This document shows positions 1-11,527 of a stretch of 64,000 bases of DNA, one piece after another; the stretch's first letter is position 1; each line of letters starts with the position of its first letter. The position numbers and the translations under genes are program-made. The DNA comes from Mobula hypostoma (Eukaryota). The DNA lies in contig NC_086097.1 in NCBI RefSeq assembly GCF_963921235.1, positions 158,226,001 to 158,290,000 of the forward strand, written 5' to 3'. A model generated the notes under the pieces. The model searched no databases. It worked only from the letters and a program-made list of their open reading frames with translations, and was not told the origin of the DNA.

Positions 1-709
1 CAACTTTCATGGAAGTGGTTAAAAAGATATAATAAAGACAAACTACCATCTAACTGAGTAATTATTATGTATTTAAATGAAATACAGAACAAATAAGAAC
101 ACTACCAATACCAGTGGTTGTCCGTCGCATTCGACAATGACAGGAAATGTGTGGGTGGGTGGTTAAAGTGGAAAAGCCATTGCACTGGGGAAGTTCCACT
201 CTCTCGACATTGGAAGTCCAGGATGAGTAGACGTCACATTTGGGGTCTCCCCTGCTTGCAGTTAATGACCATGACTACTTTTGTGCCTCATTATGCTCTT
301 CACTCTGCAAATAGTGTTGCAGAATTGCCTTCTTGGCCATTGGATCTCACTGTTGATCTCACCCATCCAGTCTGTTGGAGCTAACTTTGCATGCTAGAAT
401 AGGCGCGTCCCTGTCTCACCGGGTATGAGACCTGCTGGCTACCCTCACCTGCTTAAACCCGCCTGTCAAAGCAGTGTACCAGAGTGTGGTCACTGTTGCA
501 TGCAAACAGCTACTTGGAGCCAAGGTAAGAGCTGAGTGTCTAGTGGGGATAACATTCAACATTCAAGATGATTGTTGATGCCTTCAAATTATTTGTAGGC
601 CCTAACTTGTTGAAGCAGTGAAATTGTTTTATTTTCATTCGCGGCTTTTTCTGGAGTTTCCAAGTCTGAATGCTAGAAATCGCAGTGAGCAAAACAGTTC
701 TGAATTGAC
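1..709 (-). mobile_element. Decayed pogo/Tigger-like DNA transposon remnant (1-114 and 550-709), interrupted by the element at 115-549
   Basis: Reverse complements of ~60-114 and ~550-700 match ~16487-16540 and ~16170-16300, so this is a dispersed repeat. The second copy reads '...TQNCFAHCSF', resembling the end of a pogo/Tigger DDE domain. The family call is an inference. Confidence 0.4.
115..549 (-). mobile_element. 5'-truncated, decayed copy of the HDV-like-ribozyme retroposon
   Basis: The reverse complement (tccccactagacactcagctcttaccttggctccaagtagctgtttgcatgcaacagtgaccacactctgg...) aligns with 57266-57560. Both copies end in ...acaacca. Confidence 0.8.
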
Positions 710-1211
710 TGTTACGGGAAAGCAGGCTGACAGGTTTGGTAAGTGAGACAGAAGACACCGATTACAATTAAGCACATTAACCATTTATTTATAGACGAAC
801 AGTAAAACGTTTGACCAGATATGTAAGTCAAACAAGTACTCATCTGAGCCACTTCAAGTTTAAAAAAAACTGACTCAAAACATTCAGTAAACCTTCAATC
901 TGAACAGATACCTTGAGCCTCTCCAAGTTGCACAACTACAAAAATGAAACAGTAAACAGTTACTTAACTAAGTGTACATGTGGACCCTGCTATATTTGCA
1001 GCATACTCTCCCAGTGGTTCTTCAGCATTGGTCACGACCTCAGTTTGAAGAAGAACACCTGGAGACAAAGGAAAGTCTTTGTCTCTCGCATGTACTACTC
1101 TTGCATCCCTGAGGTGGCTGGAGTGGGAGACCAGTGCTGTGGCACGCATGGCAGCCAGTGGCATATTGCTGTTGCGCCCCTTGAATGGGCCAATCCATGA
1201 ATAACGCAACA
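710..1211 (-). mobile_element. Probable solo LTR (502 bp)
   Basis: TG...CA termini with a short inverted repeat tgttacg/cgcaaca, and AATAAA on the minus strand ~75 nt from the left end. No clean TSD. Confidence 0.5.
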
Positions 1212-1342
1212 GAACCAACTTTTGACTGGCAAGTAAATTAACCCCTCACCTTACAATGACTCTAAAATAGTATTGCCAAAGCAAACTCGCTTAGGTATTT
1301 ATGTGTTGGATGTTAGGTATATTTGTGAAAAAATGATAAATA

Positions 1343-1470
1343 TTCTGAAGAATGGTCATTCACCTGAACGATTGACTGTTTCTCTCTCCACAGGCACTTC
1401 CTGACCTCTTGAACATTTCTAGCATTTTGTGTTCTCATTTCAGATTTCCAGCAAATTGCAGTGTTTTGTT
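1343..1470 (+). mobile_element. Old Penelope terminal unit (pLTR) with decayed hammerhead
   Basis: CTGAAGA (1345-1351)...CCTGAACGATTGACTG followed by the family tail (cctgacc...agcattttgtg...gatttccagca). Confidence 0.55.
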
Positions 1471-2489
1471 TGTCAATAAAGTACGGGATTCATGAGGCTG
1501 GCACATTTTAAACCCCATGTTTAAATATCTTTTGAGAATTGAGGAAGAATTCAAGAAATCTTTTTTTGTTCACATATTGCCTTGAGAATGGAAAGTAGAC
1601 AAAATGTGAATGCCTTATTAGCAGATGGAAAGGTGGTTCAATTATCTTTGGTGCTCAAGCTAAACCAGTTGGCCACCACTAACTGCAAAGATGCATGAAC
1701 CTGAAGTTAAAATAGGATTGAATGGACAATATACAACCTCATTTCCTGTGAAACGTAGGACCAGTTCTTATAATTTAAACCTAATTAGTTCTGTTTACAA
1801 GAAAAAAAAACCCTGACTCTTGTGTGAAGAGGAAGAATGGAGTCCAGGCATTCCACACATTAAAAATAAATCAGTGCAAATTTCTTAGTGCAACAGCTTC
1901 TTCTCCCGACAGTTTTTGGATTTTGTGTCACCCAATTAATGTTTCCTATTCACTTAAGTTTTTGTTTCCATTCCAATACAACATCGTGGGTCTTTAGAAC
2001 CAACAAAATCACCTTTGTTTAGTAACAGAAAGCTTTCAATTATTGTGTGGGCACAATGCTCTGTAACAGAGGGCTAGTAAAGACTATCTTATTCCATGAA
2101 TTGCATCTTTCTCCATAATGATGTGATTAATGGAAGCTTTCAGAAAATAAGTTAATGTAAGAAACATAGACTGCAATAGTCGGAGAGCAGTAGTTAGAAT
2201 GCCAGTCACTGGACCACAGACCCTGTTGGGTGACTCAGACTGTGGATACTGGTTATTGCAAATTCTGCTTGTGTACTGACACATGAGCATCTTTCTTCCC
2301 TTACTAGAGACCTCATTACCAGCTCCCACAATAATCAGGCTACATGGCAACTGCTCTGTGCCAGCATTGTGCACTCTCACTGTAATCATAGTTCAATTGA
2401 TTATCTAGGCTAAAAGCCCTAGCTGTTAATCAGGAGCAGTTTAGATCTGATAACTGCAATGAGTCATAGTGGTTCATGAAGGCCTCCCT

Positions 2490-2760
2490 CCCACAAGTGC
2501 AGATGCAGAGTTTGCAGGTTCTTGTGTGCTTCTCCCTGTGTCAGTATAAGCTTCCTCCCACATCCCAAAGCCTTGTTGTTAGCTTAATTGGTTACTGTAA
2601 ACTTCCCTCAATGCAGGGGTAGCCAGAAAAATCAAAGATGATTTGATGGATGTGTTTAAGAACACATGACAGAAAAGTAAGTGGGGGAAGGGGATTGATG
2701 GGAATGCTCAGAGGGCTCAAATAGACTTGATTGTCCGAATGGTCTGCTTTTATGTCATAA
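2490..2760 (+). mobile_element. V-SINE/HE1-like SINE, decayed
   Basis: gagtttgcaggttct..., ttcctcccacatcccaaag core and a CR1-like 3' tail, shared with the copies at 4995, 36405 and 59555. Confidence 0.6.
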
Positions 2761-3330
2761 GCAAATATAAAATAATATGAATATGCAATATGAAGATGAA
2801 GAAAATGGCTGATCTGCTCCATGTGCCTTCAGCAGGATGATTCCTGCCACCCTCCAGCCATCAGCAGCCATGTATTCCTGGAGGACAGAGGCAAAAACTA
2901 GATGAAACATAGCTAAGCTGATTTAAGGGGAAAATCCAGAATATTGCTCTTTGGCCTAAGATGTTGATTCAGACTAATTATGATTCCATCTGCCTCTTGA
3001 AGCATGAGAACTCACCCAGTAGTTACACCAGCTTTTTCATTTGAAATAAACAAGAAAATTGTGTAAAATAAAAGAAGCCAATCAGGCAACATCATTCAAA
3101 GAAAGATCCAATTAATAGGCTGCAGGAAGCTTTTAGCTGGCAGCTCTGGAGGAGTGCTCTGATCTGCTGCTTGGTATTCCTCTCAACTGTACCAGCACAC
3201 TGAAAAATAAAGCCAAAGGCAAACTTGGAGATCCGATACCGATGCATCCCTCTCTGCTTTGCACAGAGGACAGGTATAGAGCATAGACAATATAAAGAGA
3301 GGGGTTAGTTGCACCTTTCAGATGGTAACG

Positions 3331-3895
3331 TAGAAACATAAAAAAAAACCTACTGCACAATACAGGCCGTTCCGCTCACAATGCTGTGTCGAACATGTAC
3401 TTAGCACTCTGTTTTCTTAAGCTCCATATACCTGTCCAGGAGTCTCTTAAAAGTCACTATTGTATCCTCCTCCTCCACCACTGTCACTGGCCCCCTATTC
3501 CATGTAGTCACCACTCTCTGTATGTAAAAAAAAAACAACTTACCCTTGACAGGTCCTCTGTACCTACTTCCAAGCACCTTAAAACTGTGCCCTCTCATGT
3601 TAGCCATTTCAGTCCTGGGCAAAAGCCTCTGACTATCCACACAATCAATGTGTCTTCGTCATCTCGTACACCTCTATCAAGTCACCTTTCATCTTCTGCC
3701 ACTCCAAGGAGAAAAGGTCAAGTTCATTCAACCTATTCTCATAAGGCATGCTCCCCAATCCAGGCAACATACTTGTAAATCTCCCCTGCGCCCTTTCTAT
3801 ACTTTCCACATCCTTTCTGTAGTGAGGTGACCAGAATTGAGCACAGTACTCCAAGTGGGGTCTGACCATATCCTACATAGTTGTAACATTAGCTC
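3331..3895 (-). mobile_element. CR1 (HER1-like) LINE 3' fragment
   Basis: ORF 3645-3869 VRPHLEYCAQFWSPHYRKD...GDLIEVY and ORF 3401-3640 RGHSFKV...FKRLLDRYM are typical of the CR1 ORF2 C-terminus. Confidence 0.9.
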
Positions 3896-4994
3896 TCAGC
3901 TGGTAGGTGCAAGAAGAACAACTGCAGCTGTTCAGATATCTTGTAATCCCAAAGGGAAGAATGCATGTTACTTTGATTTATTTTCATAATTTTAAAATTA
4001 GTGTCTAATAATTTCAGATACTTTAACTTTTGATGTTTTTTATTTAAATCTTTTAAAGCTTTTTTAATGTATCAGATTTTGAAAAGCCTTTAACAGTGCT
4101 TAGCCAGTCCTTTTGAATAGGTTTGTGCTAGTGGCACCAATTTGGACCACACCTTGGATAATCAAGCCCAATATTTTAGCTCATTGGCCTCTTTTTGTAT
4201 GAAAGTGTGCAGTGGATTGACATGAACCAAAAACTAATAAATTTCATAAACCTGTCTCGTGGGTAAAGAAGAATCTCATTATCATCTGAAACATTTAAAT
4301 CTTCTCTCTTTTTCATAAACTTGTGAGACAAGCTCTCATTACCATAAAACTCTTTCAAAAGCCTGATTTCCCCTTCTTGAGGTCAGATTGTAAAAGTGCA
4401 AATTGACAGATAGCCTTATTGACTTCAACTCAGTGGAGTTATCATGGCAGCCAGGGCTCCAGGTTATCATAAGAATGTCTTCAGTACAGTCATACAAGCT
4501 TCTGCCACTGTACTACTTTACACCTGTTCTACTCTCCTGGTGAATCTAAGTTTTTAAGAAATGAGGAGTTTAGAGTTAGAGCTTCCTTCAATTCGGTGTA
4601 ACATTATTCTTCCATGACAGCAATTGGAAAGTTCAATTGTGGCTCACATCCAAACTTAATGATTAGAATTTGGTTTGGGTTTGCTCACCATATCCAGAGG
4701 AGACAGGATGAGACTGAGATATTATGGGTGGGCCTTTCCACTGACACCCAACTCATAATCAATGAATAAACTAGTTCAAGTATCTGGTCCCACTGACTGC
4801 CAGCCAAATGCAAGATATGTTTATATGTTTATATGTAGATATGTTTAAAATTTCAAGTAAACGGGGTTATGCAGTGAATGGCTGATGGAAAGCTTAAGGG
4901 CCGGATGTGAAGCATACTAATCCCGTCACTCGGTATGATTGAGTTTCAGTACTGGGACTTAATGCAACAATATAGGAGAATTTCTGATTCCTGC

Positions 4995-5278
4995 ACTGGT
5001 CCCTCACAACGCCAGCAACCTGGGTTTAATATCGTCCTTAGATACATCTGTGCAGCATCATCACATTCTACCTGTGACTGCTTGCATTTCCTCTGCATGT
5101 TTTGGTTTCCTTGAGTCCCAAGGAGGCATGGGTTAGGTGATTATGTGAATGTTGAAAATCTCCCTCTATTGTGTAGCATCTGAAAGGAGTTAATAGGAAT
5201 GTGAGGGGGATTAATGAGCAATTGATAGCCAATTTGAGCTTATGGGCTGAAAGGCCTGTTTCCAAGTTGTATGACTGA
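4995..5278 (+). mobile_element. V-SINE/HE1-like SINE
   Basis: cctcacaacgccagcaacctgggtttaat (tRNA-like head), V-domain-like core, and tail gggctgaaaggcctgtttcc...tgtatgact. Confidence 0.65.
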
Positions 5279-5297
5279 TTTCCACAGCACTGAATAG

Positions 5298-5885
5298 GGA
5301 TTCCAGGTCCAACATATTATTCTCCGTAACTTCCGCCACCTCCAATGGGATCCCATCACTAAGCACATCTTTCCCTCCCCCCCCCCTGCTTTCCACAAGG
5401 ATCGCTCCCTGCGCGACTCCCTTGTCCATTCACCCTCACCCTCATCCCTCCCCACTGATCTCCCTCCTGGCACTTATCCGTGTAAGCGGAACAAGTGCTA
5501 CACATGCCCTTACACTTCCTCCCTTACCGCCATTCAGGGCCCCAGACAGTCCTTCCAGGTGAGGCAACACTTCACCTGTGAGTCGGCTGGGGCGATATAC
5601 TGTGTCCGGTTCTCCCGATGTGGCCTTCTATATATTGGCGAGACCCAATGCAGACTGGGAGATCGTTCTGCAGAACACCTATGCTCTGTCCGCCAGAGAA
5701 AGCAGGATCTCCCAGTGGCCATACATTTTAATTCCACATTCCATTCCCATTCTGACATGTCTATCCACGACCTCCTCTACTGTAAAGACGAAGCCACACT
5801 CAGGTTGGAGGAACACCACCTTATATTCTGTCTGGGTAGCCTCCAACCTGATGGCATGAACATTGACTTCTCTAACTTCTGCTAA
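5298..5885 (+). pseudogene. C-terminal fragment of a Penelope-like ORF (Cys-rich linker and GIY-YIG endonuclease), with no RT domain or start codon
   Basis: The frame is open from 5298 to the stop at 5885: VQHIILRNFRHLQ...DRSLRDSLV...GTYPCKRNKCYTC...HFTCES.GAIYC...CGLLYIGET...EHL...PVAIHFN...LGSLQPDGMN. Confidence 0.9.
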
Positions 5886-6320
5886 TGCCCCACCTCTCCC
5901 TTGTACCCCATCCGTTATTTATATACACACATTCTTTCTCTCTCTCTCCTTTTTCTCCTTCTGTCCCTCTGTCTATACCCCTTGCCCATCCTCTGGGTTT
6001 CCCCCCCTCCCCCTTTTCCTTCTCTCTGGGCCTCCTGTCCCATGATCCTCTCATATCCCCTTTGCCTATCACCTGTCCAGCTCATGGCTCCATCCCTCCC
6101 CTTCCTGTCTTCTTCTATCATTTTGGATCTTCCCCTGCCCCTCCCCCTCCCACTTTTAAATCTCTTACTAGCTCTTCCTTCAGTTAGTCCTGACGAAGGG
6201 TGTCAGCCTGAAACGTCGACTGTACCTCTTCCTAGAGATGCTGCCTGGCCTGCTGCGTTCGCCAGCAACTTTGATGTGTGTTGCTTGAATTTCCAGCATC
6301 TGCAGAATTCCTCATGTTTG
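5303..6320 (+). mobile_element. 5'-truncated Penelope-like element (Neptune-like): linker, GIY-YIG, pyrimidine-rich UTR, hammerhead pLTR
   Basis: The GIY-YIG coding fragment is followed by a CT-rich UTR and the terminal unit at 6181-6320, which recurs across the window. Confidence 0.9.
6186..6221 (+). ncRNA. Minimal type I hammerhead ribozyme motif
   Basis: Stem I agtc/gact; CTGACGA 6190-6196; stem II agg/cct; GAAA 6210-6213; palindromic ACGT stem III; GTC triplet with predicted cut after 6217. Confidence 0.8.
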
Positions 6321-6814
6321 TGTGGCTAAGTCCAGTGTTTAGTTATGTCTTTTGCATCTCACTCTCTGCATTGCACTGACCATGCCTCTTCTCCCAATAA
6401 CCCCTCCCATATTTTCTCTAGTCTTGTATCTTCCCTACCATCTGTTTCATCACCAAGCATTCCTATGCTTCCTCTCCACCCCAATGTTGTGCCCGGTTTC
6501 CCCCCCCCACTCTACTCCATTCAGTATTCTGCTCCCAGAAGTAGTGCTTGTTGCACAACCCCAGCTTGCTTCTCCACCCAAATAATGGTTCCCAATCCAT
6601 CCCCATCCCAGTCAGGATTGATAGGATAAGGCATAGCACATTTTCTTGTGTCATAAAAGAAATTCCTGCTGTTGAAATGTTCCTTAAAAAAAAGAGGCCA
6701 CGCTGGTTATGAGGAATTCTATCAACCCCATTCTCTGATTTTATTTCCCTATAATTTGTTCGTTCTGATGCTATTGTTGATTTCCAACCTCCACCCCTCC
6801 CCCTTTCCTATCAC

Positions 6815-6972
6815 CCACAAGAGGCAATTTAGAATGGGTGACTGACCTACTAACCAGCAGGGTTTTGCGATGTGGAGGGAAAACATGAAAACAATACAAA
6901 GCAAAAACTGGAGGTCAGTTTGTAACCTGTATCACCAGAGCTGAGGCAGCAATATCACCTGCTGCATCACTG
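6815..6972 (-). mobile_element. V-SINE/HE1-like SINE fragment
   Basis: ggcaatttaga...gatgtggagggaaaac...gagctgaggcagc is the reverse complement of the SINE head and core. Confidence 0.5.
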
Positions 6973-7009
6973 GAGCATTCATTGCAAATATAGCACCCAG
7001 TTTTCAACT

Positions 7010-7430
7010 CTCACGTACGGATGTGAGACATGGACACTCACCAAGACTATGAGAAAGTCTCTAGATGGTTGCTATACATGAATGCTCCGGATGGCTCTTC
7101 ACCTGAATTGGCAACAGCGCGTGACGAACGTTGAGCTCCATGATGACCTACTGATGTTCTCCACTAAAATTGAGGCGAGAAGACTGCAACTAACGGGGCA
7201 CTGTCTACACCACCCCGAGCTACCTGCCAGCCTAGTCATCATATGGGAGCCCAAGCATGGGAGGATGATCCCTGGGCGCTCTCCCAAGACTATGGTCAAC
7301 ATGCTCCTAGAAGACAGTGGCGCGGGTAATGTAGATGAACTGAACACACTGATGAGGGAGAGGGAGAAGTGGAGAGTCCGTCATCGTGCCCGAGGCCAGC
7401 CCCCTTGGCCTGAGTCGACGTAGTAGTAGT
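7010..7430 (+). mobile_element. RTE-clade LINE 3' fragment with (TAG)n tail and 11-bp TSD
   Basis: Translates LTYGCETWTLTK...LDGCYT*MLRMALHLNWQQRVTNVEL...LQLTGHC. TSD agttttcaact at 6999-7009 and 7431-7441. Confidence 0.85.
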
Positions 7431-7904
7431 AGTTTTCAACTGAAATATGATGTAATGCGATAAAGTTGAAGCAGTCATTGTCTTGCCATGTGTGTGTCTT
7501 ACTTGCATATGCTTTAATTTGCATCACAATACAGTATCTAGGCTCCCATTATAAAGAGGTAACAGCTTGAATGTTTCTCGTTTGGAAGGGGAATTGCTTT
7601 ATAATTCTGTTCCTCTTACAATCCAGTCCCTGCTATTGGCATATAAGAGCAGGACTGAGGGATAGGATACAGAACCCTGCAAGCCTACGCCAGCATCCAA
7701 CACATTTATGGCTTCTCCTTTACCTCAGTGCAACATTTGCTGACATATCACACAGTTGCCTTGTTATATAGGTCATATCTATTGTTCTATGTATGCCTTG
7801 AATGTACTTGCCAATTGAGGCTCGCCAGATCTCTGGGAAAGGGAATTCCAATGCTCCACAACCCTCTGGGAGACAAAATTTCTTTTCATCTCCATTCATA
7901 GGAC

Positions 7905-8470
7905 TGACTTTAGATTTATTGTCACTGTCGTAAGTCATAAAATTTGTTGTCTTGCAGCGCCCATATAGTGCAAGATATAAAATTACTTAAAGTTACAATA
8001 AATATTGCAAAAGAGGAAGAGTGAGAGAAAGTTCATGACCATTTAGAAATCTGATGGCAGATGGGAAGAAGCTGTTCCTAAAACATTGAGTGTGGACCTT
8101 CAGGCTCTTGTTCCTTCTCTCTGGTGGTAATAAGAAGAGCGCATGTCCGGGACGGTGAGTCTTTAATGATGGATGCTGCCATCTTGTGGCACCATCTTTT
8201 GAAGATATCCTCTGGTGGGCAGGCTTCTGGCCATGATGGAGCTGGCTGAGTCCAAACCCTCTGCGTCCTCTTTTGATCCTGTGCATTGGAACCTCCAGAC
8301 CAGGCGGTGATGCAACCAGTCAGAATGCTTGTCACAATACATCTGTAGAAATCTTGGTGATATGTCAAATCTCTTCAGACTTCTGATGAAATATAGCTGC
8401 TGGCATGTCTTTTTTGCGATTACATCAATATGTTGGGCCCAGGGTAGATGTTGATGCCCAGAAACTTAGT
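7905..8470 (-). mobile_element. Rex1/Babar-type LINE 3' fragment
   Basis: FYRCIVTSILTGCITAW...; HPGHALF-like and FRNSFFPSAIRFLN motifs. Confidence 0.85.
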
Positions 8471-9169
8471 TAATTAGCCAGATGTAAAGTGCTCCTACTG
8501 TAAAATCTGGAGGGAATTGACGGGAATATGGGGGAGGGAAAAAAGAGATTATTGTAAAATGGACCGTAGGTTGAAGGGCTGTCTCCCATACCCTGTGTCG
8601 CATGAGATTAGTGTTGACTATCTGACCACGGCACCCGTCTGTAGGATACCTTTGGAGCACTAATACTAAATCCAGAAGGAGTTCAAGGTTCAGCAGTGAA
8701 CATTCATTTTTTGATGCCAATTGGATCAGTATATCAGAAGTAGTGAAAACATAATAAATAGTGCTTTATGCTTTACTCCCACACAACTGTCAGAATTTTC
8801 CCATCTCTGATGAACTGATATTTCCCACTTATCTAATTTTGAACAGAGGGAGGTTAAAAAAAAATGATTGGCAAGAATTTAGTGTCTTTCATACATTTTC
8901 TTGGAAGTGAGTCATGTGGAGGCAGGAAAAAGGTGCCATGGTTACATAACAATATTTGGTCTTCATTGTTTCTTCTAGATCTGCTTAGCTTTATTGTTAC
9001 AATCTGTCCTTCATTTTTGTATTTTTCCAATGTTAATGTACAACAGTTTTTGAAAGAGAACTTGATTTAATCTGTCCTTAGTAGATTCAGGGATATTTTA
9101 TTCCGGCCTTGCTACAGCTTTTGGTTCTTTTTCTTTCCTGAAATGGATTGAATATTCTATTGAAATGGT

Positions 9170-10240
9170 CAATTTCAACACCATAATTCTCCCCAGGCTC
9201 GACAAGAAACTCAAAGACTTTGGCCTCCACCTTGCCTTGTGTAGTTGGATCCTGAACTTCCTGTCAGATTGCCGGCGGATGGTAAGAGTGAGCTCCCTCA
9301 CCTCTGCCCCTCTGACCCTCAACCTAGGTGCCCCTCAGGGCTGTGTACTAAGCCCCCTCCTTTACGCTCTGTATTCCCATGACTGTGTTGCTACCCACAG
9401 CTTCAACCTGCTAATTAAATTTGCCAATGACACTACATTGATTGGCCTAATCTCAAATAATAATGAGGCAGCCTACAGAGAAGAAGTCATTACCCTGACA
9501 CAGTGGTGTCAAGAAAACAACCTCTCCCTCAATGTCGCAAAAACAAAGGAGCTGGTTGTGGACCACAGGAGGAATGGAGACAGGCTAACCCCTATTCAAA
9601 TCAATGGATCTGGAGAGGGTAAACAGCTTTAATTTTCTTGGCATACACATCACTGTGGATCTCATGTGGTCTGAGTATACTGGCTGTGTGGTGAAAAAGG
9701 CACAATAGCGCCTCTTTCACCTCAGACGGTTGAAGAAGTTTGATATGGACCCCCATATCTTAAGGACATTCCACACGGGCACAATTGAGAGCATCCTGAC
9801 TGGCTGCATCACTGCCTGGTATGGGAACTGTACTTCCCTCACTCTGCAGGGAGGTGCGGACAGCCCAGTGCATCTATATTTGTGAACTTCCCTGTATTCA
9901 GGACATTTACAAAGACAGGTGTGTAACAAGGGCCTGAAGGATCATTGGAGACCCGAGTCACCCCAACCACAAACTGTTCCAGCGGCTACCATCCAAGAGA
10001 CGGTACCACAGCATAAAAGCCAGGACCATCAGGCTCAGGGACAGCTTCTTTCACCAGGCCGTCAGACTGATTAACTCGTGCTGATGCAACTGTATTCTCT
10101 GTTATATTGACCATCCTGTTGTACATAATATTTATTATAAATTACTATAATTGCACAATGTGCATTTAGACAGAGACGTAATGTAAATATTTTTACTCGT
10201 CTTTATGAAAGATGTAAGTAAAAGAAATCAATTCAATTCA
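9170..10240 (+). mobile_element. Rex1/Babar-type LINE, RT domain to 3' end
   Basis: FNTII...GAPQGCVLSPLLY...IKFANDTT...WCQENNLSLNVAKTKELVVD, frameshifted downstream, with a (TCAAT)n tail. Confidence 0.9.
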
Positions 10241-10769
10241 GTTTGTTAATATGCATTATATACCACTCGTCTTTGTCTTGTCTATTTCCCTGCATCCAAA
10301 TAATATGGAATTTCTCATGATAACGGCATTCCCACTGCTTTTTTGAGACTTCCATAAGCTGGGTATAGTGCCAAATATAAGTTGCTACTGGTTGATTTAC
10401 TTCAACATTTCTCTACCCATTTGGATGTAGAGATTTCTTTCTATCTCCATCTGAGTGACTGACTGGAGAACCTGATATCATTCCTTATAGCCAGAGGAAA
10501 ACTTCATTCCAGGATCTGCCATCAAGCCTGCAAAGAATTATGCTCCAGTGCAATCACCTTTTCTACTGTGGTCCTCTGGCCAGTGTGGCCCTCCTTTGCT
10601 TAAGCTTTCTTCACAGCATATTTCCTCCACCCAGGAATCAACTTGGTGAATCTTTATTGCATTTATGGTTAGGTGTTGGAAAAAGTTGCTGCTTCATAGC
10701 TTTGTTGAACCAGATTCAATCCTGATCTTTAGTGCCATCTTTTTCAAGTCAAGTTTATTGTTATACTGT

Positions 10770-11240
10770 AATTATGCCACATCTGGAGTATAGCATTCAT
10801 TTCTGCTTGTCTCATGGAAGGATGTGGAGGCTTTGTAGATGGTACAGATGAGGCTTACTAGGATGCTGTCTGGATTAGAGGGGATGTGCTATAATGAGAA
10901 GTTGGACCAACTTCGGTTGTTTTTTCTGGCGAAACAGGCTCGGGAAAAGTGATAGATGTTTATTAAGTTATGAAAGGCATAGATAGGGTAAAGAGCAGAA
11001 GAATTTCCTAGGGTTGAAATGTCTAAATACAGAGGGCATGTCTTTAAAGCAAGAAAGGGGTAAGTTCAAAGGAAACGTGCAAGGCAAGTTTTTACAGAGT
11101 GGAGTGTGTCTGGAATGTGTTGCCAAGAGTGGTAGTGAAGGCAAATATGATAGAGGCATTTGTCCTCATAGGGACATGAATGTAGGGTTACAGGCTAATG
11201 GGATTAGTTTGGTATGGCATTTAATTACTAGTTTAATTAG
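10770..11240 (+). mobile_element. CR1 LINE 3' fragment, decayed
   Basis: ccacatctggagtat..., ggaaggatgtggaggcttt, agagggcatgtctttaa, matching the other CR1 3' ends in the window. Confidence 0.75.
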
Positions 11241-11527
11241 TACAGTACAATATGTTGGGTGCTGTTCAACATCCACAAGCATGTGTATGGTAAGGAGGAG
11301 TGAAAGCTTGCTTGCTGCAGGACTTAAGGTTCTACATCAGAAGAAAAATATCAACTGAACATGAATTGTATATCACTTGTACATGAAAATGTACATTTTA
11401 AACTGAAAAATGAAGTTTATTGTAATGTAAAGTGATCAAAGTATTCATAGCTATACTGAGGTATTGACTCGGGTTGTGCTGGTATGTTCAAGAGTGAACT
11501 GATTGAAGGAAGGTGGTTATTATTAAA

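Noticed and set aside
2220..2420. LLGDS..GY resembling a Harbinger transposase motif
   Set aside because: The motif is interrupted, and there is no supporting frame or TIRs.
7405..7430. RTE fragment as partner LINE of the HDV-ribozyme element
   Set aside because: The shared 3' sequence is only gtcgacg, and the terminal repeats differ (TAG versus ACAACCA), so the evidence is insufficient.
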